NCBI GenBank assembly: GCA_963812605.1
Contig: CAWEWF010000014.1
Span: 288,001 to 352,000, forward strand
Length of the DNA: 64,000 nucleotides
Reading direction: 5' to 3'
Source of the DNA: an uncultured Verrucomicrobiae bacterium
GTDB lineage: Bacteria > Verrucomicrobiota > Verrucomicrobiia > Palsa-1439
The notes below the pieces were generated by a model. That model searched no databases and was not told the origin of the DNA. It saw only the letters and a program-made list of their open reading frames with translations. This document shows, one piece after another, positions 9,937-18,105 of this stretch; position 1 is the first letter of the stretch, and every line of letters begins with the position of its first letter. A program made the translations under genes and the position numbers.

Positions 9937-11307
9937 ATGGATCCCGGTTACCAAGCGCTGGGCTTTGCTTTGCACCCAGTGTGCTCGCCGCGCCGCCTCC
10001 TGTTCCTGGCCTGCGTGGTCTTCCTGCTTTTCGGCTGTGGTCAGGCCTCAACGGACACGGAACAGGAAACCACCCGCACCGCGATACCGATCGACGAACA
10101 CCACACAGTGATCACCGCGACGACCCGCGATAGCGTGGGCCCGCTCAGCGTGGAGGAACTGGCCCGCAAGTCCGCGCTGGAAGCCGAACTGGCCGACGAA
10201 CGCCCGACCCATCGCCTGAAATTGCGTAATGGCCGCCTGCTCGAGGGCCGCATCGTCTCCGAAACTCCTTCCACCATCCGCTTTCGAGACGGCTTCGGAT
10301 ACTCCGGCTTTGTCGTCGAGTCCTATCGGCGCAGCGATGTTCTCACGGTCGAAACTCTCCCGGCGGCGGCTTTTGAAGTAACGCCGCGCGACGTGCGTTT
10401 CAGCGCCGAGTTTCCCGAGTTCCATTTCGTCAAGTCCCCGCCCTACACGGTCGTTACCGACGAATCCTTTGGCGAAGTGCAGAAGATTCTCCTCGTGCTG
10501 GCCGACCTGCGCGAACAACTTCACCAACGCTTTGCCCCGCTGATCAAGCAGGACGGCGACCTGCAAGATGTCCACGTCGTATTTTTTGGCTCCGAGGAAC
10601 CCTTCCGAAAGTACGCGTTGCGCACCGCGCCGTCTTTCGTCAATAGCGCGGGCTTTTTCTCTTCCGGCGAGAACCGGCTCGCCCTGCTCAACCAGTTGGG
10701 GACATCCCGTTATACGGACGCGCAAGTTCGCCTCGACGAGCGCAGCCGCCACCTCAGCAATTTCGCCGACGCGGGCCCGCAACTCGCCGCGTTGCGGTCC
10801 GACATCACGTCCGAGGCGAAGTCGATGAACGAGCGGCTCATCCGCCATGAAGGCGCCCACCAGCTTTTTCATGCGTATCACGTGCACTCGCGCTTCGGCC
10901 TGGAACCGACCTGGCTCACGGAAGGTCTCGCCCAATACTGTGAGACCCCCGAGATCGGCCATTACCACGCGACGTTGGCTGACCGCATTACGCGCGCGCG
11001 CAAGGCCGGTCAACTACTGCCGCTGCAAACACTGTTGAACCACCGCGATACCTCGGGATTTTTCGCCCTGGGCGAGGGGAACATCGAGTTGGCCTACGCG
11101 GAGAGTTGGGCGCTGGTGTACATGCTGATGCAGGACGAATTCCGCGGTCGCTTCTTCGATTACATCAGGTCGTATCGGGACATCGAGAACTACCGCGCCG
11201 CGCATGCCGCGGAAAAAGTTCAACCGGAAACATTGCTGGAAGCGCAGTTGAAGATGAACCTCAACACACTCGAAAGCCAATGGGATTCCTTCATAACCCA
11301 TCTGTAA
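9937..11307 (+). CDS. DUF1570-like zincin (putative metallopeptidase), probable lipoprotein
   Basis: LLFGC lipobox-like motif; HEGAHQL (HExxH), WLTEGLAQY, YAESWALVYML. Start uncertain. Confidence 0.7.
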   Translation: MDPGYQALGFALHPVCSPRRLLFLACVVFLLFGCGQASTDTEQETTRTAIPIDEHHTVITATTRDSVGPLSVEELARKSALEAELADERPTHRLKLRNGRLLEGRIVSETPSTIRFRDGFGYSGFVVESYRRSDVLTVETLPAAAFEVTPRDVRFSAEFPEFHFVKSPPYTVVTDESFGEVQKILLVLADLREQLHQRFAPLIKQDGDLQDVHVVFFGSEEPFRKYALRTAPSFVNSAGFFSSGENRLALLNQLGTSRYTDAQVRLDERSRHLSNFADAGPQLAALRSDITSEAKSMNERLIRHEGAHQLFHAYHVHSRFGLEPTWLTEGLAQYCETPEIGHYHATLADRITRARKAGQLLPLQTLLNHRDTSGFFALGEGNIELAYAESWALVYMLMQDEFRGRFFDYIRSYRDIENYRAAHAAEKVQPETLLEAQLKMNLNTLESQWDSFITHL

Positions 11308-11834
11308 TCCGGCGCATCGTGGTGTACGGCGCGTCCGTGCTGCTGCTGCTCGTCATCTTGACGCGGACGCGCGGTTTCGGACAGGGCGAATCGGGGAACC
11401 GGTCGTCGGCGCTGATGTTTGACCGTCTCCAACATGCCCTGCTCGGGGACAACAGAAAATCTCCCGAACGCGACTCAGCGCTCGCGCTACGCCAGGAGAA
11501 CACCGATGGCAATGGCGACCAGGGCAATCCCCTTCGCGATAAGCCGATGGTCTATGCGTCCGCCCGCGATATCCCGGCGCATGACGATGTCGGTCGCCCG
11601 AATTATGTGGCGGGCCAGTTGATCGTCCGTTTCCGCAGCGGCGTTTCGCATCACCGCCAGGATCAAATTGTCGATGAATTGGGCGCGCGCATCCTGCGCA
11701 CGCTGGATGCGCATCGGGGCGAATATCTCGTGGTGTTGTCCGGGGGCGTGCCCGTTCCCACCGCCGCGCAGCAGTTCGCCGCGGTCCAGGAGATCGATTT
11801 CGCCGAGCCGAACATTCTCCACTACATCAATTGA
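11280..11834 (+). CDS. Membrane-anchored protein with only a subtilisin/fervidolysin-type prodomain
   Basis: N-terminal hydrophobic segment, then YVAGQLIVRFR...IDFAEPN typical of S8 prodomains, followed at once by a stop. Overlaps the upstream gene. Confidence 0.6.
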   Translation: MGFLHNPSVIRRIVVYGASVLLLLVILTRTRGFGQGESGNRSSALMFDRLQHALLGDNRKSPERDSALALRQENTDGNGDQGNPLRDKPMVYASARDIPAHDDVGRPNYVAGQLIVRFRSGVSHHRQDQIVDELGARILRTLDAHRGEYLVVLSGGVPVPTAAQQFAAVQEIDFAEPNILHYIN

Positions 11835-11884
11835 TCTGCCCAACGACTGAGCGAACTGGGCCAATCATGGGCGTGTCAATTTCC

Positions 11885-11903
11885 GGTAGTGTGTCAGTTT
11901 GAA
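11885..11903 (-). mobile_element. Probable IS1-family-type terminal inverted repeat (isolated end)
   Basis: Minus strand TTCAAACTGACACACTACC shares 14/19 nt with TTCAAATTAGGGCACTACC at 51125-51143. The IS1 assignment is from memory. Confidence 0.45.
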
Positions 11904-11930
11904 TTCAGGCTTCGTCGATGTGTTTCTGCA

Positions 11931-12014
11931 TTGTAGGGCAGGCGGCCCGCCTGCCATGTCCATAAACGACGGCAAGCGAGCCGCCACGTGAAACGCGGTA
12001 AACTTGCCCTACAA
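11931..12014. repeat. GTAG-type REP doublet
   Basis: ttGTAGggcaggcg-gcc-cgcctgcc ... ggcaag...cttgccCTACaa; same family as the element inside purC (15916-15974). Confidence 0.7.
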
Positions 12015-12387
12015 GTTACGCGAAATGGGCTTCGAGCAAAATGATACACTACCCAATTTCCTGGCAGCGGTCCAACAGATCGGTACGAACCTCGTCACCG
12101 CGCCGAAAGCGCCCGTCAAGTTGTCCGCGCAGGTGGCGGATCCAGGTGTTGTCGAATTGAATTGGGCTGACGGTTCGGACAATGAACAAGGTTTCGTCAT
12201 TGAACGCGCCGAAAAAGACGGCAACAGTATCGGCAGCTTTGAAGTCATCGCCGAAGTGGACCGCAGTAGCACCAATTACACCGACAACAGCGTCGCGTCC
12301 GCAGTCACCTACATGTACCGCGTGGCAGCCTTCAACGTCGCCGCGACCAACTGCACACGGCGGGTTGTGGAAGTGACGATGCCGTAG
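12004..12387 (+). pseudogene. Fibronectin type III domain, probable C-terminal gene fragment
   Basis: APVKLSA...VELNWADGSDNEQGFVIER...YTD...YMYRVAAFN; no signal peptide, and the ORF begins inside the REP doublet. Confidence 0.6.
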
Positions 12388-12485
12388 TTGATCCAGAGCC
12401 GGGATTGGGTATCAGTTGCTGGCGAGTGAGTGATGGGGTGTGGTGATACTGCCATGATGCAGCCACACATTATGACGATCGCCGC

Positions 12486-13444
12486 TCACAGCAAAGTGGC
12501 TTTTTCCCAAGCTAACCTGATGACCTTTAAAAATAAACCATCTTGTACGGCTGCACGAATATGTGATCCATCAATCGGAACAATAAGAAGGCGTTCATGT
12601 GAACCCCGAAGCATCTCATTTCTATATCGCCTAGAGGCCAATCCGATGGAGTCGTTGTGACAATATCATTTCCTATCACTTTCGGCGGGATGAATAACCC
12701 GACGGTTATGCGATGAAACGCTCTTTGCTTTTCGTAATCGATTGTCAATGGGTGAACTTGAAACACCAAAGACATTTCCATATGGTGGTTGTTTATATCG
12801 CAGCTAAAGCGAATTTGTTTGGCAATCAGCTTGTTAATCTTGGCTAGCTGGCTTGCAGCACGCTTGGATATGCGTTTACCGTGTTGCAATTCAGCAGTTC
12901 CGAAATCTATGGAGGCTGCACCAATGGAGAATGGGTGAGAGAATTCTTCTAGCAACTCTTGCCGTTGGCTTTTGGTTTTTATAGCTTGCGGTTCGAAGTG
13001 AAGTTTAGGTGGCAAAAATACCGAGTAAACATCACCTCGTTTTTCGAGCCACACGTGATTTGTAAAGCCTTGAAGTGCTAACGTGTTCAAGTGCCCTACC
13101 ATGATTTCCAATAAAGTTTTTTGCGCCGTTTTAGCATCGCAGGTATTCTGTTCGGTAAATTTACCCGTGATGAGTTGGCTGAGCTTTACATCTTTTACAC
13201 TCCAATCCCACTGCACCGGATATTGAAATTCAGTAAATGGCGAGTTCCATGTTACATCTTTGTTATTGCGATCCTCGATCTGCTGTCGAAGTCCGAAAAG
13301 TGCACGTTTTATAAATGATACAAGAACTTCAATTCGCCAATTGGGATGATCTTTCTCGTATGCCTCCAACACGTCCTGAAAAGCGCGGATGTGCTTATCA
13401 GCCGTCCAATTTTGCTTTCCTTCTTTGTCAGGATTATTTGTCAC
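12486..13444 (-). pseudogene. Low-GC hypothetical protein, possibly internally deleted or frame-broken
   Basis: AT-rich 305-aa ORF (12527..13444). Another frame from ~12630 to a stop at 12486 reads NEMLRGSHERLLIVPIDGSHIRAAVQDGLFLKVIRLAWEKATLL, which looks like a more natural C-terminus. Confidence 0.45.
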
Positions 13445-13560
13445 GCCAGCTTCTTGGCAATTTGTTCGTCGAGGATTTCGCGGACGGTGAGGGGGATGAT
13501 GGCTTTGCCGCTATTGCCGGAGAAGCCGCGGAGTTTCGTCAGGTTGGAGTGGCCACCCAT
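13441..13560 (-). pseudogene. 39-codon remnant resembling the C-terminus of DNA methylase-Mrr fusion proteins
   Basis: MGGHSNLTKLRGFSGNSGKAIIPLTVREILDEQIAKKLA*; its TGA overlaps the GTG of the next ORF. Family assignment is from memory. Confidence 0.4.
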
Positions 13561-13564
13561 GCTA

Positions 13565-14416
13565 TCAAAGGAGACTGTGCTGCACCGGTTTCACCGGGAC
13601 CGGCGTGCGGCGCTGGCTCCTCGGTTTTGGGGATGCTTTGGCGCCTAACCGCGGTAGCTCCAAACGCCGTTCTACCAACTGGACGTATTCCTCAGAAATA
13701 TCGGCCAAGATGGCGCGGCGGTTTACCCGTTGGGCCGCTTCGCCAGCCGTGCCGGAGCCACACATGGGATCAATGATTAAATCCCCTTCGCGCGTGGTCA
13801 TTCGGATCAGTTTGTCAAAGACACCGACTGGCTTCTGCGCTGGATGCCCCGTTTGTTCGCTGCGCCCCACAAATCCGACCAGGAGCGAGTCCTCGATAAC
13901 ACTGGTGGGGCCCGGTATGTAACGCAACTTTCCTTCGCGCTGCTTCTCAAGCTGGGCGTCATTCAGAAAATGCTCTGGATACAACCGGGCGCCGGGATGG
14001 GACAAATGTAGGCAGGCATTCTGACTGGAGCGCCAGCCGCGAATGACGGATGGGTTATTCTTGTAGTACCAAGTCAACCACGCGACGAGTTGTAGCGGCT
14101 GGGGAATGCGCTCCACGTAACGCGCCACGATTTCCGGGAACCCCCAGAGGAACACGTGGTCACCCACCGTCGCGGCCTCCGCCAGCAACGTTAATATGAA
14201 CGCATCGTAGTCGTCGCGTACGCCGCCGAATCCTTTATTGTACCAAGGATCCAGGATAACGGCCTGTGCTCGTATCCCCGCCGTTTTCAATAGCAACAAA
14301 CTATCCAACACGTCCATCGGCGGGAGCAGGGCCAATCCATCAATTTGTAGGGCTCTGGAAATGAGGCTGTCAAACCGAGGCTTTTTTGGCTGCGCGCGCA
14401 CGTGGGGGGCAATCAT
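13565..14416 (-). CDS. Beta-class amino (m6A/m4C) DNA methyltransferase
   Basis: Motif IV variant DPWY near the N-terminus, HPAQKP, motif I DPMCGSGT near the C-terminus; ATGA overlap with the endonuclease. Confidence 0.88.
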   Translation of the reverse strand: MIAPHVRAQPKKPRFDSLISRALQIDGLALLPPMDVLDSLLLLKTAGIRAQAVILDPWYNKGFGGVRDDYDAFILTLLAEAATVGDHVFLWGFPEIVARYVERIPQPLQLVAWLTWYYKNNPSVIRGWRSSQNACLHLSHPGARLYPEHFLNDAQLEKQREGKLRYIPGPTSVIEDSLLVGFVGRSEQTGHPAQKPVGVFDKLIRMTTREGDLIIDPMCGSGTAGEAAQRVNRRAILADISEEYVQLVERRLELPRLGAKASPKPRSQRRTPVPVKPVQHSLL

Positions 14417-15123
14417 TTCGCAATCTTTCGTCTAATGTTACCGGCCTTGGACATCTCGTAGCCAAAATACTCCAATAGGAATCGAAAGACCATCTTCTTT
14501 TCTTGAGATGGAGCTGCCTGTACCACCGCGTACGTATTGAGCTTGCCAGTTAGGTTATCCCAATAGTGTTTCTTTACGACTTGATGGCGACCACAGAGGG
14601 CCTGCCATTCATTAGGATCGTTTCGGGCAACCTTCGGGTTGATGGCGTGTGGCCGTCGATGATCAGGAGTTAGCTTCACTCGCCCGCCGCCCACAGGGTC
14701 AATTTCACCTTCTTTCAAACCACATATCTCTGCCGCCTCCGACCATTCGCAGCAGTAGTCGGCTCGCTTCAATACAGCGATCCAAGCGACATCTGACGGT
14801 CGTACGCGGCGGGCTGCCTGCCGCCGTTTCTTCGTATGTGGCATCAGGTATTCCTGAACCTTGAGGTCGCCCCGGTTGCGCCACGACAGAATCGTATAGC
14901 CGTCATCGGTTCGCAGTTCCGATAACCGCTGATGCCAGTTCTCCGGCTCTGCTCCTGTCTTGGGATCTTTCGCTGCTTGGAGAATCTGTTCACGGCTGAG
15001 AATTCTTCCGACATTGTCGAGGAACAACGCCTCAAGCCGCTTTTTCACTGTGGACTGCCGGTATTTGCAGCGAACCTTGCCATAAGGTGGTTTGGTCGTC
15101 GCGACAGTCGCTTTCTTTGCCAT
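14413..15123 (-). CDS. KpnI-like type II restriction endonuclease (HNH/bba-Me)
   Basis: EALFL, DPKTG.EPENWHQRLSELRTD.GYTILSWR, CEW...CGL.EG.IDP.GGG.VKLTPDH and WQALCGRHQV.KK.YWD match R.KpnI as recalled; catalytic DH/Q and CCCH zinc ligands are present. Confidence 0.8.
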   Translation of the reverse strand: MAKKATVATTKPPYGKVRCKYRQSTVKKRLEALFLDNVGRILSREQILQAAKDPKTGAEPENWHQRLSELRTDDGYTILSWRNRGDLKVQEYLMPHTKKRRQAARRVRPSDVAWIAVLKRADYCCEWSEAAEICGLKEGEIDPVGGGRVKLTPDHRRPHAINPKVARNDPNEWQALCGRHQVVKKHYWDNLTGKLNTYAVVQAAPSQEKKMVFRFLLEYFGYEMSKAGNIRRKIAK

Positions 15124-15234
15124 GCTGGAGAGTGTAGTGAGACAGAGGCGGTTCGACAAGTCCTGAAGGTTGAACGACTCGCGCTTCACGGAAGCGCGGC
15201 TACAACCGGAAAAATCATTGTCGGCAACCGAGCT

Positions 15235-16215
15235 TCAAGCTGTCAGACGGGTGAGGGCTTCGAGGTATTTTTCGGTGGTCTTGCGGACCACGTCGTCGGG
15301 GAGTACGGGGCCGGGGGCGGTCTTGTCCCAATCCAGCGTTTCGAGATAATCGCGGACGAACTGTTTGTCGAAGCTCGGCTGCGGTTTGCCCGGGGCGTAC
15401 GCGTCGGCGGGCCAGAACCGCGAGCTGTCGGGTGTGAGGGCTTCGTCGATAAGGACAAGTCGCGGTTCCCCTTGCATGTCATGCTGAGCTTGTCGAAGCA
15501 TCTCGTCGTTTGGGGAGAGACCCCTCGACAAGCTCGGGGTGACCGGAGAAATGAGGCCGAATTCGAATTTTGTGTCGGCGATGATGATGCCGCGCTGGGC
15601 GGCGTGATCGCGGGCGAAGCTGTACAGCGCCAGGGAAATGTCGCGCACTTTTTCGGCGAGCGGCTTGCCGATGATTTTGACGCAGCCGTCGAAGTCGATA
15701 TTCTCGTCGTGGCCCGTTTCGGCCTTCGTGGCGGGCGTGAAAATCGGTTGGGGAAGTGGACTCGATTCGACCAGGCCTTCTGGCAGGCGATGGCCGCCGA
15801 CCATGCGGGTTTGTTTGTACTCCTTCAGGCCGGAACCCGCGAGATAACCGCGGACGACGCATTCAACAGGCAGAGGTTGGCATTTGCGCACGAGCATCGA
15901 ACGGCCCGTCAAGTTTTGTAGGGCAGCGGGCCCCGCTGCCGCCAATGATGGCAAGCGGTGCGCTTGCCCTACAAGATCAGAGGTGATGAAATGGTTCTCG
16001 ACGATGTGCCTGGTCTTGCCGAACCAGAACTCGCTGAGGGCTGTCAGGACACGACCTTTTTCGGGAATCGGATTGGGCAGGATCACATCGAAGGCGCTGA
16101 TGCGGTCCGTGGCGACAAACAAGAGTGCGTCGCCAAGATCGAAGACCTCGCGCACCTTGCCGCTTTTGAGTTTCTGGACGCCAGCGATGTCGATTTGAGT
16201 GATTGTGTTCGTCAC
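15235..16215 (-). CDS. purC: SAICAR synthetase
   Basis: SGKVREVF, TDRISAFD, ECVVRGYLAGSG, ADTKFEFG, DEALTPDSSRFW, DKQFVRDYL; contains two repeat-derived segments. Confidence 0.95.
   Translation of the reverse strand: MTNTITQIDIAGVQKLKSGKVREVFDLGDALLFVATDRISAFDVILPNPIPEKGRVLTALSEFWFGKTRHIVENHFITSDLVGQAHRLPSLAAAGPAALQNLTGRSMLVRKCQPLPVECVVRGYLAGSGLKEYKQTRMVGGHRLPEGLVESSPLPQPIFTPATKAETGHDENIDFDGCVKIIGKPLAEKVRDISLALYSFARDHAAQRGIIIADTKFEFGLISPVTPSLSRGLSPNDEMLRQAQHDMQGEPRLVLIDEALTPDSSRFWPADAYAPGKPQPSFDKQFVRDYLETLDWDKTAPGPVLPDDVVRKTTEKYLEALTRLTA
15478..15543. repeat. 66-bp palindromic repeat (GTCA...GAGCTTGTCGA type) in frame within purC
   Basis: gtcatgctgagcttgtcgaagca-N20-cccctcgacaagctcggggtgac; translated in PurC as VTPSLSRGLSPNDEMLRQAQHD. 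Confidence 0.8.
15916..15974. repeat. GTAG-type REP doublet in frame within purC
   Basis: ttGTAG-ggcagcgg-gcc-ccgctgcc-N9-ggcaagcg-gtg-cgcttgcc-CTACaa; translated as LVGQAHRLPSLAAAGPAALQ. Confidence 0.8.
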
Positions 16216-16238
16216 GGCGCTCGCCTAAGATGCATTAT

Positions 16239-16391
16239 ATGAATCCGAGCCGAAAATTTAAGGAAAATGTTTTGGTTGTCGGATTTTTTTCGCTCAGCGT
16301 CGCGGTCGTGGTGATTCTGGTCGTCGGCGCGTGGAAAGGGCGTACCTCGGTGCGCGCGTCAACTCCAACGACGGAGCAGGTCAACCACTAG
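16239..16391 (+). CDS. Possible 50-aa single-TM protein
   Basis: MNPSRKFKENVLVVGFFSLSVAVVVILVVGAWK...; fills the purC-pepA gap and overlaps the 3' end of pepA. Confidence 0.35.
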   Translation: MNPSRKFKENVLVVGFFSLSVAVVVILVVGAWKGRTSVRASTPTTEQVNH

Positions 16392-17847
16392 CCGCACGCC
16401 AAATCCCGTCGCTCCTTTCGCCAAATACGGCAGATCGTCGGTCGTCCACGCCGTCCCCGCAATGTCGAGATGCGCCCAGGATGTATCCCCGACATACTTC
16501 GCGAGAAACGCGGCGGCGGTAATCGCCCCGCCGTAACGACCGCCCGTGTTCTTGATGTCGGCGACGTCGCTCTTGATCTTGTCCTTGTATTCCTGCCAGA
16601 GCGGCAGCGGCCAGACGCGGTCGCCCGTGCGCTGGCCCGAGGCTCGAATCTTATCCTGCAGGGCCTCGTCGTTGCCCAGCAAGCCAGCGGCAAAGCTGCC
16701 GAGGGCGACCACGCAGGCGCCCGTGAGCGTCGCGAAATCAATGATCGTCTTCGCGCCCCGCTGCCGCGCGTAGACCAAGTGCATCCCCGAGTACGATGCG
16801 GCCTTCCGCGTCGGTGTTGAGGACTTCGATGGTCACGCCGCGCTTGTCCGTACCGCGATAACTGGTCACGATGTCGCCCGGACGATAGCTCGTCGAGCTG
16901 GGCATGTTTTCCGCGGAAGAGATTACGCCGAGGATGTGGACCGGCAGTTTCAACCGGGCGACGGCTTTGAGAATCGCGAGGACGGCCACGCCGCCGCACT
17001 TGTCGAACTTCATCTCGTCCATCTTGTCCGACGGTTTGATCGAGATGCCGCCGGAGTCGAAGGTGATCGCCTTGCCGACGAGCGCGATGGGAGGGGCCTT
17101 TGCGGCTGTCCCTGCGGCGCCATTATATTCCAGGACGATTAAGTGCGGTTCGTTCGCGCTGCCACCGCCGACCGCGAGCAATCCGCCGAAGCCGCCTTTC
17201 TCCAATTCTTTCTTCGCGAGGATCGTGCAGGTCAGGTCCGATTCCTTCGCGAGCGCGCGGGCATAATCGGCGAGCACGCGCGGTGTCACTACATTGCCGG
17301 GCAGGTTGCCGATTTCGCGGGCATAGTTTGTGGCCTCCGCCACAATTTGCGCTTCGGCGACGATGCGCTTCGCTGCCTTCAGGTCAGCGCGCGGGGGAAT
17401 ACAGAGTGTGAGCGAGCCAAGGTCGGTTGCGTCATTATCATCGTGCGGCTTGAACTGACGGAACTTATACATGGCGAGGATTGTTGCCTCGACAATGGCG
17501 GCCAGGGAATCCGCGCCGAGGTTGTCGCTCACTTGTACAGCGGCCCGTTCGATACCGGAGTCGCGAAGTTTTTTTGCCGCAAGTCCCATCGCCCGTCGAA
17601 TGGTTTCGAGGGTGAAGTGGTCGCGCGGGCCGAGGCCGACCAGCAAGATCCGTTGCGGTGCGAGTTTGCCAGCGGTGTGCAGAAGAAAAAGTTGCCGCTC
17701 CGCACCGCGAAATTCCCTGGGGCCAACGCGGGCGAGCAGGTTGCGGAAGGCCGCAGGCCCAACGAGGCGTTCCTTCTCAAACGCAAAGAGAACCGCGGCG
17801 GGTTGCTTTTGAGAGAGCGCGGCGGAAGTGGTGAGGGGAAAATTCAT
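16359..17847 (-). CDS. pepA: Leucyl aminopeptidase (M17), frame break near 16780
   Basis: LVGKAITFDSGG, MKFDKCG, NTDAEGRIVLGD, then IDFATLTGA, AHLDIAG, GATGFGVR in the next frame. Confidence 0.9.
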
Positions 17848-17858
17848 ATTGGTGGCGG

Positions 17859-17886
17859 ATTATAGCAGTGAGCGGTAGGGCGTCAA
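17859..17886 (-). promoter_or_regulatory. Sigma70 promoter of pepA
   Basis: Minus strand TTGACG-N16-TATAAT, 11 nt upstream of the ATG, with no Shine-Dalgarno. Confidence 0.65.
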
Positions 17887-18021
17887 CGGTGGCGCACATC
17901 CCTCCCAATAAACCCTTGGCCAGCCAATTTTGGGCACCTGATGCGAATCTTTAGCACTTTTGCAACCACTTGGCCCAGAAGGGGTGGGAATCCTCAGGGA
18001 TCCTCCTGACAGCCTTTTCCG

Positions 18022-18037
18022 TGGCAAGTTTCGTGCT
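18022..18037 (+). promoter_or_regulatory. Candidate sigma54 (-24/-12) promoter of the hybrid kinase
   Basis: TGGCAAGTTTCGTGCT has exact GG-N10-GC spacing, ~70 nt upstream of the ATG. Confidence 0.35.
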
Positions 18038-18105
18038 TTCTGAAGGTTACAGAGGCGCGGACATCGGTTGCCAGCGGGACTTAGAGAGATCGCGCAATAA
18101 CAAAC

